Shown here: one piece after another, positions 10,108 to 18,683 of the stretch
How positions within the stretch are numbered: the first letter of the stretch is position 1
Layout: every line of letters begins with the position of its first letter
Made by a program: the position numbers and the translations under genes
The notes under the pieces: generated by a model
Told to the model about the DNA's origin: nothing
Seen by the model: only the letters and a program-made list of their open reading frames with translations
The model's database searches: none
Assembly (NCBI GenBank): GCA_964393885.1
Contig: CAYMVV010000014.1
Span: forward strand, 8,111 to 72,110
Direction: 5' to 3'
DNA length: 64,000 nucleotides
Source: an uncultured Granulosicoccaceae bacterium
Lineage (GTDB): Bacteria; Pseudomonadota; Gammaproteobacteria; Granulosicoccales; Granulosicoccaceae

Positions 10108-11309
10108 TTGCTCTTGCCATCATTTTCTCTTAATTGAGCAATAGACAAGGTACCAAATTGCGGTACAACCTGTTCGAACAGGCGATCCCAACTCGCAAGT
10201 ATTTTAGCGTAGGGAACCCCGGTATACTGTTGCATGAGTACCAGGTGATCAAGCCCTGTTGTCGCCTGACGCTCTCTGAAACGCTCGGCAACAAACTCTG
10301 CATCACCGACAACAATAATCCCGCGCTTGTTTAGAAAGTCAAACCAGTCAGAGTCCTCATCCTCTGTGGTCATTTCTTCACCGATATCGAGATATCCGTG
10401 CTTCGTCCATTCTCCGGCAGGGCGCGAGCCACCCAGAAACTCGTAGTAGGCGTTTATAGCGGGCCTGATGGTGTTTGTGGCTTCCTGCATGCTTTCGCCA
10501 ACATAAAACGCCACGCAGACACCGACACCTTCACCGAGCTTTGCATCAAAGCCTTTAAGCTTACTGTATGATTCTCGATAGGGCTCCCAGCAGGCGAGTG
10601 TGCGTTTTGGTGCAGACGCCATGGATATCACCCCTTGCCCCTGTGCACCGGCAATATCATGTGCCGGCGGCGCATTAGACATTAGCCAGACAGGCGGGTG
10701 CGGGTCCTGAAACGGACGAGGATGCACATACATTGCTTTGTATTCGCCATCTTCATCATGATAACGCGGATCCAGCGGATCAAAAAAGCGATTGCCTTCT
10801 TTCCAGCCTGGTACCGGAAACTGATAAAACTCCCCCTGATGAGTAAAAGCCTCGTTCGTCCATGCTTTTAATATAATAGAAAGCGACTCAAGATATAGCC
10901 GCATGACCTTGTCGTTGTCGCGTCGGTCACCGTCTACATTAAACTGAATGGTTGCGCGCTCGTTGATGCCTTTGGCAACACCGAAATCAACCCGCCCGAG
11001 AGACATGTTATCCAGCATAGCTACATCTTCTGCAACACGCAGCGGATGCCAGTCGGGCAGCACCACAGGGCAAGTACCAACTCTGATTTTTTGAAACAGG
11101 GCAGCCATATGTGTGCACATCTGGATCGGGTTCGGAGGTGCATTCATATAACCATTGTGCGCAAAATGATGTTCGGTAAACCATGCGGTTGTAAAACCCG
11201 CCTGCTCGGCAAGACTGGTTTGTTCACGCATCATCTCAAGCGAACGCTGCCAGGGTATGGTTTCACCCGGACTAAAATTGGGTATTAAATCAAATCGCAT
11301 TGGTGCCAC
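10104..11309 (-). CDS. LLM-class (luciferase-like) flavin-dependent oxidoreductase
   Basis: 401-aa ORF with AEQAGFTTAWFTEHHF and RVAEDVAMLDNMSLGRVDFGV, characteristic of luciferase-like monooxygenases. Confidence 0.7.
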   Translation of the reverse strand: MAPMRFDLIPNFSPGETIPWQRSLEMMREQTSLAEQAGFTTAWFTEHHFAHNGYMNAPPNPIQMCTHMAALFQKIRVGTCPVVLPDWHPLRVAEDVAMLDNMSLGRVDFGVAKGINERATIQFNVDGDRRDNDKVMRLYLESLSIILKAWTNEAFTHQGEFYQFPVPGWKEGNRFFDPLDPRYHDEDGEYKAMYVHPRPFQDPHPPVWLMSNAPPAHDIAGAQGQGVISMASAPKRTLACWEPYRESYSKLKGFDAKLGEGVGVCVAFYVGESMQEATNTIRPAINAYYEFLGGSRPAGEWTKHGYLDIGEEMTTEDEDSDWFDFLNKRGIIVVGDAEFVAERFRERQATTGLDHLVLMQQYTGVPYAKILASWDRLFEQVVPQFGTLSIAQLRENDGKSK

Positions 11310-11859
11310 TCAACTTTGACGGCTAAACAGGTAAAGTCAATCTGACCGTTATCAACAAACAACCGACGCTTCCACCCCACCACCGACGCCCTTGCAGAAA
11401 AACATGCAGCATTCGTTGCGATCAATATCGTCAACCTTCATAGAACCACCTGTTCACGCCTCCTGCATTCAACCATGACAGACCACACGTCGGTAACATC
11501 ATCATCCCTGACCTGACTGCCTCGTTACCAACATACGTGCAATGAGCTGATTAAATCAACTCCCACTGGGTATGAGCGTCGCATTTCGACCTGCTGATTG
11601 AGTCTGACCAACTCAAAACTACTACCCCTAATTTATTGTTATATAAGGCAATATGATTTGCTAAGATAGCGTGGAGCCCCTGTCGCTTCGCTCAGTGTGA
11701 GCGGCAGCATTGAGTTCCTGCGTCCTATAGATTATGCAACTCATTTATACAACACCGGGAATTTCAAAAAATCTCCGCCAGCTGAAAAGCTAACATTGAC
11801 CTTCTCCCTTCGCGCAGAGCGTCAGCACCGTCAATTTTACTTCAGCATGAGGCCATCAG

Positions 11860-12855
11860 ATGAACGAATCAAAATTTGGCAAAAATGATCGTCGCGGCAA
11901 TTGGTCGCCCAATGATCGCATCAGCTATGGGCCCTTCTTTAGCTGGCCTCCACAAGTAGCTGCGATCATTAAATGGATGTTTGGGTTTCCCGGTTACTTT
12001 CTGCCGTGGAATGTACTGTACGCGGCAGCGGCCATACTGATATGGCAGTTTTTGACACCGTCACTGGCCTCTTTCTCGGCCAGCATGAGTTACTGGATTG
12101 CGGTCATCCTGTTACGCAATATAGTGCTGGCGCTATTGGTATATGGTGGATGGCATTTGTGGTTATATATCTGGCGCAGACAAGGCACTGCATTTAAGTA
12201 CAATAAAGCCTGGCCTAAAGAGAATTCATCGATCTTTTTGTTCAACAATCAAACAGCCGACAATATGTTCTGGACGCTTGTCAGCGGTGTACCGATCTGG
12301 ACTGCCTATGAAGTACTATTACTCTGGGCCTATGCCAGCGGCCATATTACGCTGATCAATTTCTCTACCCACCCGATTAGTTTTATATTGCTGTTTTTTC
12401 TGGTCCCTTTTGTTCACGAGGTGGGGTTCTACTTTGCGCACCGCAGTCTGCATTGGCCACCGCTGTACAAACTGGCACACAAGCTCCACCACAGAAACAC
12501 TAATCCCGGACCGTGGTCAGGCCTATCGATGCATCCGCTTGAACACATCATCTACTTCTCTTCAATATTGGTGTTTCTGGTTATACCCGCGCACCCGATT
12601 CATATGATCAACCTTGCCTCCCGACTGGGGCTGGCGCCAGCTCAGGGGCACACCGGCTTCGATCGCATGCAGACGGGAGAAAATTCCAGCATGGATATTT
12701 CCTACTACGCCCACTATCTGCACCACAAGTACTTTGAGGTGAATTACGCTGATGGCATGGTGCCACTGGATAAGTGGTTTGGATCTTTCCATGATGGATC
12801 AGCAGAAGCACATGAAGCGATGAAGTCACGTATTGCACGTCGGATGCAGAGTTGA
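11860..12855 (+). CDS. Fatty-acid hydroxylase / sterol desaturase-family membrane protein
   Basis: 331-aa ORF with histidine boxes HRSLH, HKLHHR and HYLHH and several TM helices. The start is uncertain. Confidence 0.7.
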   Translation: MNESKFGKNDRRGNWSPNDRISYGPFFSWPPQVAAIIKWMFGFPGYFLPWNVLYAAAAILIWQFLTPSLASFSASMSYWIAVILLRNIVLALLVYGGWHLWLYIWRRQGTAFKYNKAWPKENSSIFLFNNQTADNMFWTLVSGVPIWTAYEVLLLWAYASGHITLINFSTHPISFILLFFLVPFVHEVGFYFAHRSLHWPPLYKLAHKLHHRNTNPGPWSGLSMHPLEHIIYFSSILVFLVIPAHPIHMINLASRLGLAPAQGHTGFDRMQTGENSSMDISYYAHYLHHKYFEVNYADGMVPLDKWFGSFHDGSAEAHEAMKSRIARRMQS

Positions 12856-12938
12856 TTTTTGTTGTGGGCTCCCTTTACAGTTGCCTGTCACTGGTTGATT
12901 AATACAACTACTCGAATTCAGTAAGGGTGCACTAAACG

Positions 12939-13913
12939 ATGAAAACCCTGATAATTGGCGCAGGAATCACCGGGTTGTCTGCTGCTCGACGCCTGCTCGA
13001 ATTGGGTATTACGCCGGATAACATCCATATTACTGACAAGTCTCGCGCTGTCGGTGGGCGTATGGCATCACGTCGTTTACAAACACCGTTCGGGACTGCC
13101 ACATTCGATCATGGCGCACAGTTTTTTACTACTCGCAGCGAGGCATTTAAAAATCTGCTAACTGCCGCTGAGCAGGCCGGCGCGGTTCGTGTCTGGACCA
13201 GAAGCTTCGCAGCGAACGAAGATGGTTATGCCCGCTGGTGCGGTAATACCGGCATGACTGGTCTGTGTAAATGGATGGCCACTGATGCTGGCCTGGACAT
13301 CGCATTTCAAACACCGGTAATAAATCTCGGTGAGCACCTGAAGCAGCACAAATACGATGCCGTGATTCACACTGCACCTGTACCGCAGGCACTGGCGACA
13401 TTAATCGGCGGTCGACTGCCGCCGCCGGACCTCGCCAGGCGACTTGCCGAAATTCACTACCATGCAACTCTTACAGTAATGCTGGCAACAAGTAACCACT
13501 CGACCGGCCTTGGACCCAGAGGTGCGGCTCAATTTGTCGACCACCCTGATCTCGCATTTATTACAGATAATCACGCCAAAGGCATCTCTTCTATCCCTGC
13601 CGTGACCATTCACCTCACGAATGCGCGCAGCGAAGCACTGTGGTCAGCACCTGATGATCAAGTGGTGAACTATGCAATGCAGGCTGCAGCAGAACACCTC
13701 GCGGATGCCAGTGACCCAAACGACCTGTTGGCAAGCTCTGTACAACGCTGGCGTTACGCCGATCCGGTTACCTGCTGGCCCGATAAGTATGTCATGTGGG
13801 GAGCAACCCCACGTATTGTGTTGGCCGGTGAGGCCTTTGACGGGCCTCGTGTTGAAGGTGGATTTTTATCAGGCCGTGCTGCGGCAGATGCACTGCTTAG
13901 TGACGGCGGTTAA
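12939..13913 (+). CDS. NAD(P)/FAD-dependent oxidoreductase (renalase-like, COG3380 type)
   Basis: 324-aa ORF with an N-terminal dinucleotide-binding motif IIGAGITGLSAARRL...DKSRAVGGRM. Confidence 0.65.
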   Translation: MKTLIIGAGITGLSAARRLLELGITPDNIHITDKSRAVGGRMASRRLQTPFGTATFDHGAQFFTTRSEAFKNLLTAAEQAGAVRVWTRSFAANEDGYARWCGNTGMTGLCKWMATDAGLDIAFQTPVINLGEHLKQHKYDAVIHTAPVPQALATLIGGRLPPPDLARRLAEIHYHATLTVMLATSNHSTGLGPRGAAQFVDHPDLAFITDNHAKGISSIPAVTIHLTNARSEALWSAPDDQVVNYAMQAAAEHLADASDPNDLLASSVQRWRYADPVTCWPDKYVMWGATPRIVLAGEAFDGPRVEGGFLSGRAAADALLSDGG

Positions 13914-14034
13914 CGACTAGCCGCCCGGCCTCGAACTATCGCGGCGGCTTACTCGATTGTGTGGAACCAGCAATAGCGTTGAGAATACCTTAGTTAAGCG
14001 TCCCTTGCGTCATACCCCAGGCTAACGCATCGAA

Positions 14035-14673
14035 TCAGTACAAACCACGCCGTATAGCGAGATTCTCCAAGGCTTTGTCGTTCCACGCCCGCGCCTCAAT
14101 TATCTCGGTCTCAATGTACGCCGAGTCCAATAACTCAACGCACAGCTCTTGATAAACTGACCAAAACTCAACAAAACCCGATTTTCCATTTAAATGCAGA
14201 GCTTTGCCTACCGGGGTACGTTCAACCCATGCAAATAATTTTTGCGTCCAGTCAGCCCCCCTCTCCCGGAGAACAATTTCATAGTGATCCACGGGGTTTT
14301 TGACGAAGAGGTAGGTAATCGAGGTATCAGGAGCGAGATCCTGCCAGCGCTGAAAGTAATTATCTATTTTTCTTCGGTGCACTCGCTGCTCAAAGAGAAA
14401 GCGAACGGTACTCTGAAATGCATACCCGTCGAATATAGAAACTGCCTGGGATTGGGAAGTTAAAAACGATTGCCAGGCATCTAGCCAGATGTTCGAAAAA
14501 TCTTTATTCTTCGATAAAGCTCTTCGCTCAGCGGGCATTACTGGATGATCTGCTGATTCCTCCAGCCACCAGGCAGCATCTACACCTTTGCTCTTAAGAA
14601 TATCGCAGAGACGCTCCGAAGCAGTGCTCTTTCCGGAACCCGCTATCCCTTCGAAATGAATTGTCTTAGTCAT
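14035..14673 (-). CDS. P-loop NTPase, kinase-like, unknown function
   Basis: Start moved to MTKTIHFEGIAGSGKST (Walker A). Remaining 212 aa have no other recognisable motif. Confidence 0.5.
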   Translation of the reverse strand: MTKTIHFEGIAGSGKSTASERLCDILKSKGVDAAWWLEESADHPVMPAERRALSKNKDFSNIWLDAWQSFLTSQSQAVSIFDGYAFQSTVRFLFEQRVHRRKIDNYFQRWQDLAPDTSITYLFVKNPVDHYEIVLRERGADWTQKLFAWVERTPVGKALHLNGKSGFVEFWSVYQELCVELLDSAYIETEIIEARAWNDKALENLAIRRGLY

Positions 14674-14943
14674 GCAATCAGCCTGAACCACAGTATGGCG
14701 AATGACTCTCGTTGGACATTTACAGAACCACATGTACCAACCTACCAGCCTGGAATCATAAAGTCGCGCCGCTTCACGAATATATGTGGATCAAGCCAGT
14801 CAAGCCGCGCAACCTTGCACATATGCTGCGCACAGATGAACCCCTTAGAAAGTTGTTTCTATGGTATTGTAACCGAGCACACAGGGTGCGCACCTGGACG
14901 TTTATTTGACCGCCCGGGGTGATTTTTTATAAGGGAGCATATT

Positions 14944-15621
14944 ATGCTAAAGAGGACAAAAATTGTATTGATTGGATCTTCAATTGCAATGTCCACTGTT
15001 ATGGTACAAGCGCAACAAAACGAAGAAGAGCAACCACCAATGACCTTTTTTGTCACAAGCGTTGGTACTGGCAATGGGGCAAACCTCGGGGGCTTAGACG
15101 GGGCGGATCAGCACTGCCAGAAACTGGCGGAGGCCGCGGGTTCAACCGATCAAACCTGGCGCGCGTACCTTAGCACGCAGGAGAGCGATGGTGAACCTGC
15201 CGTAAATGCCAGAGATCGCATTGGCAATGGTCCATGGCACAACGCAAAAGGTGTGCAGATCGGTGCAAACCTCGATTCGTTGCACTACGACAACTCGAAT
15301 ATTAACTATGCCGGCGCATTAAACGAGAACGGGAATACTATAAATTCTGGTGGTATGGGCAACACACCCAACCGGCACGACATTCTCACTGGCTCTCAAC
15401 TCGATGGCACAGCATTTCCGCCGACCGAGGACATGACGTGCAGCAACTGGACCAGTGGTGATGAAGCCGGTGCGGCATTTGTCGGTCATCACGACAGGTT
15501 TCGACGCACCACTCCAGGCAGCTCCTGGAATTCTGTGCATAAAAGCCGTGGCTGCAGTCAGGACAAACTAAAAATGTCCGGTGGAGATGGCTTGTTCTAC
15601 TGCTTTGCGTCTGACAGTTAA
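14944..15621 (+). CDS. Secreted cysteine-containing protein with endostatin/DUF1554-like domain
   Basis: 225-aa ORF with signal peptide (IGSSIAMSTVMVQA). FFVTSVGTGNGANLGGLDGADQHCQKLAEAAG...WRAYLST and CSNWTS match, by eye and from memory, the collagen XVIII endostatin pattern. Confidence 0.5.
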   Translation: MLKRTKIVLIGSSIAMSTVMVQAQQNEEEQPPMTFFVTSVGTGNGANLGGLDGADQHCQKLAEAAGSTDQTWRAYLSTQESDGEPAVNARDRIGNGPWHNAKGVQIGANLDSLHYDNSNINYAGALNENGNTINSGGMGNTPNRHDILTGSQLDGTAFPPTEDMTCSNWTSGDEAGAAFVGHHDRFRRTTPGSSWNSVHKSRGCSQDKLKMSGGDGLFYCFASDS

Positions 15622-15633
15622 CAAACCGACCAG

Positions 15634-15670
15634 ATTCACTGACCGGAAATCGGTCGGTGAATTTGTTTTT
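15634..15670 (+). terminator. Rho-independent terminator
   Basis: Stem attcactgaccg / cggtcggtgaat (12 bp, one U-G pair), loop gaaat, then ttgttttt, 13 bp after the stop at 15621. Confidence 0.7.
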
Positions 15671-16231
15671 GATCTAGCCATAGTTCTAACTGCCTGCCCC
15701 AACAATTGAACACGGCACCCATGTCTAGACCTGGGCTCACAATCAACGCCCTGTAAGTTTCTGCCTATTGCTCATCGCTTACTGACTCCTTTGACTAACT
15801 TTTACTCAATAAGTCTTTCCCATATAGAACACCAACAACACCTCGAAACGCCAACCTCTAACTCTCAAAACGGCGATGATTTATTACTTCGGAAAGGCTA
15901 TGGAAAAGTCTCGTTTCCCATGACGAAAAAACTGGATTAGCAATAACGCACTCTGGGCTCCAGGATTCAATTGACGCCTCCTGCCTATCGACCTGTAATC
16001 ATTGCTTGCTCGCTAATTATTACAGTGTTGTCCTTGTTTATTTTCGTCATCGCAACCGCACTGTTCCAATCCACACCTCGCTCTTCTCATCGTGTAATAA
16101 CTGCAGTGCTACACTGGTTTATAATGGGCGAGCGCTATATGGGTGGTATTCAGTGCCACCCTCCCGGCTTAGGAAATCCACAAGTCGCATTACATACAAT
16201 CCGGACTGGTCCGGAACATTAGAATCAGTCA

Positions 16232-18655
16232 ATGGCCATAAAAAAAACAGAACTCTACTCCTCCCTCTGGCAGAGCTGCGACGCCCTTCGCGGTGGCATG
16301 GATGCCTCCCAGTACAAAGACTACGTGCTCACCCTGCTATTCATGAAGTTCGTGACAGACAAGGCCCGCAACGATCCTGACTTCCTGCTCGATGTCCCCA
16401 AGGGCGCAAGCTTCGATGACATGTTGACGCTCAAGGGCAAGAAAAACATTGGCGAGGGCATCAACACCATCATTGCTGCCCTGGCCGAAGAAAACGAGCT
16501 GAAGGGCGTGATCGACGTTGCCGACTTCAACGACGAAGACAAGCTCGGCAAGGGCAAGGACATGATTGACCGGCTGTCGAATCTGGTCTCGATCTTTGAC
16601 GGCATTGATCTCGGCGCCAACCGTGCCTCGGGTGATGATCTGCTCGGTGATGCCTACGAATATCTGATGCGCCACTTCGCCACCGAGTCCGGCAAGTCCA
16701 AGGGGCAGTTCTACACCCCGGCCGAGGTCTCGCGCATTCTCGCGTCGATTGTTGGTGTCTCTGCCGATACCTCGCAAGACATGAGCGTCTACGATCCCAC
16801 CTGCGGCTCCGGCTCGCTGCTACTCAAAGTAGCAGATCGCGCTCCGCGTGGCCTGTCGATCTTCGGGCAAGAGATGGATAACGCCACCTCCGCATTGGCG
16901 CGAATGAACATGATTCTGCACGACAACGAAACCGCCCGAATCTGGCAGGACAACACCTTATCGTCCCCGCAGTGGACCAAGCCGGACGGCAGCCTGCAAA
17001 CCTTCGATTTCGCTGTCGCCAATCCGCCGTTCTCGTTCAAATCGTGGTCCACCGGCCTCAGCACCACCGATGATCCGTTCAACCGCTTCGAATACGGTGT
17101 GCCGCCAGACAAAAACGGTGACTACGCCTTTTTGTTGCACATACTCAAATCTTTAAAAAGCACCGGCAAGGCCGCAGTGATCCTGCCTCACGGCGTGCTG
17201 TTTCGCGGCAATGCCGAAAGTGTCATCCGCACCAACCTGCTCAAGCAGGGTTACATCAAAGGGCTAATGGGTCTGCCGGCAAACCTCTTTTACGGTACCG
17301 GCATACCTGCCTGCATCATCGTGATCGACAAATCCGCCGCCGGTGACCGCAACCCGGTGTTCATGGTCGATGCCAGTAACGCCTTCATGAAAGACGGCCC
17401 GAAAAACCGCTTGCGTGAGCAAGACATTCACAAAATCGTCGATGCCTTCAACAGCCAGCTTGAGTTACCGCGTTATTCGCGCCTGGTACCGTTTGATGAA
17501 ATCGAAGGCAACGAATTCAACCTCAACATCCCGCGCTATATCGACGGCTCCGACCCTGAGGACCTGCATGACCTCGGCGCACACATGCGTGGCGGCATAC
17601 CCGTAGCCGATATCGATGCACTGGAAAACTACTGGCAGGTACTACCAAAGCTGCGTGCCTCACTGTTCAAGCGCCGCAAGGGTGAGGCCTATGCCGACGC
17701 ACTGATCGAACCGACACAAGTTAAAGACACCATCCTCAACCACCCAGAGTTCACCGCCTTTGCCGACAGCGCCATGCAGCGTTTTGAAGACTGGTGGCAA
17801 GCACATGAACCGGCACTTGCAGGTATTGCCATCGGTGACGAACCACACGCGCTGATCGAAACGCTGTCAGAAGATTTATTGCAACGATTCGCCGATGCAC
17901 CGCTGCTGGATAAATACGATATCTATCAGTTACTGATGGACTACTGGCAGGAGACATTGCAGGACGATGTATACCTGCTGGCGCAAGACGGCTGGCAAGT
18001 AGCCAAAGTGTTGCGAGAACTCAAAGTTGAAAAAGGCCAGAAGCTACGTGAAGCGCCAAGCCTTGTTTACAAGAAGCAAAAATTCATCGCAGACCTGATT
18101 CCGCCACAACTGATTGTTGAACGGTTCTTTACCGAACAAAAGGGCAACATCGAAGAATCCGAACGCGCAGCGGAAATTGTCGAGAGTGAACTGGAAGCAT
18201 TGTTGGAAGAACATGGCGGTGATGAAGGCTGTCTGCTGGATGCCTTGAGTGATACCGGCAAATTGGTAAAAGGCAAGCTAGGCAAACTGATAAAAGAAGC
18301 CTCAGACAAAGAAGAAAAAGCTGCACTTGAAAAAGCAAAAAAATTGCTGGATACACAGACAGATAGCAGGAAGGCCGTAAAAGCAGCCGAGGAAGCACTA
18401 ACAGAAATAACGCTACAGAAGTATTCGCAGTTGAGCAATGAAGAAGTGAAATCTTTGCTGTTGGACGATAAATGGCACGCCACATTGTTTGCATCGGTGC
18501 GCGGATCGGTTGATCGGGTCACGCAGCGTTTGGCCGAGCGCGTAAAAACTATAGAAGAACGCTACGCTGATCCGCTGCCATTGATAGAACAATCTGTGGA
18601 AGCGTTGTCTGGCACTGTCGGCAAACATCTTAAACAGATGGGCATACGGTGGTGA
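16232..18655 (+). CDS. hsdM: Type I restriction-modification system methyltransferase subunit (long form, 807 aa)
   Basis: N-terminal HsdM_N-like ELYSSLWQSCDALRGGMDASQYKDYVLTLLFMKF. AdoMet motif VYDPTCGSGSLL. Catalytic NPPF (VANPPFSFKSW). About 300 aa of Lys/Glu-rich C-terminal extension. Confidence 0.9.
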   Translation: MAIKKTELYSSLWQSCDALRGGMDASQYKDYVLTLLFMKFVTDKARNDPDFLLDVPKGASFDDMLTLKGKKNIGEGINTIIAALAEENELKGVIDVADFNDEDKLGKGKDMIDRLSNLVSIFDGIDLGANRASGDDLLGDAYEYLMRHFATESGKSKGQFYTPAEVSRILASIVGVSADTSQDMSVYDPTCGSGSLLLKVADRAPRGLSIFGQEMDNATSALARMNMILHDNETARIWQDNTLSSPQWTKPDGSLQTFDFAVANPPFSFKSWSTGLSTTDDPFNRFEYGVPPDKNGDYAFLLHILKSLKSTGKAAVILPHGVLFRGNAESVIRTNLLKQGYIKGLMGLPANLFYGTGIPACIIVIDKSAAGDRNPVFMVDASNAFMKDGPKNRLREQDIHKIVDAFNSQLELPRYSRLVPFDEIEGNEFNLNIPRYIDGSDPEDLHDLGAHMRGGIPVADIDALENYWQVLPKLRASLFKRRKGEAYADALIEPTQVKDTILNHPEFTAFADSAMQRFEDWWQAHEPALAGIAIGDEPHALIETLSEDLLQRFADAPLLDKYDIYQLLMDYWQETLQDDVYLLAQDGWQVAKVLRELKVEKGQKLREAPSLVYKKQKFIADLIPPQLIVERFFTEQKGNIEESERAAEIVESELEALLEEHGGDEGCLLDALSDTGKLVKGKLGKLIKEASDKEEKAALEKAKKLLDTQTDSRKAVKAAEEALTEITLQKYSQLSNEEVKSLLLDDKWHATLFASVRGSVDRVTQRLAERVKTIEERYADPLPLIEQSVEALSGTVGKHLKQMGIRW

Positions 18656-18683
18656 CTGATAGACTGCCAGTGAAGGCTGATCT

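Noticed and set aside
15671-16231. The ~560-bp non-coding leader upstream of hsdM, and the right border at 27452-27697. Searched for tRNA fragments, att-like direct repeats, integrase remnants and structured RNA.
   Set aside because: The two borders share only a 7-bp string (tgtctag). The ORFs at 15971..16222 and 16006..16380 lack ribosome-binding sites and look like chance frames. No convincing structure was found.
18067-18522. Long antisense or alternative-frame ORFs inside well-supported genes (e.g. 18067..18522, 22354..22893, 29632..30156, 43547..44113, 43825..44226, 51087..51590).
   Set aside because: They are shadow frames of genes with clear family motifs. Their translations are low-complexity (Ser/Arg/Pro/Ala-rich) and they have no independent start signals.
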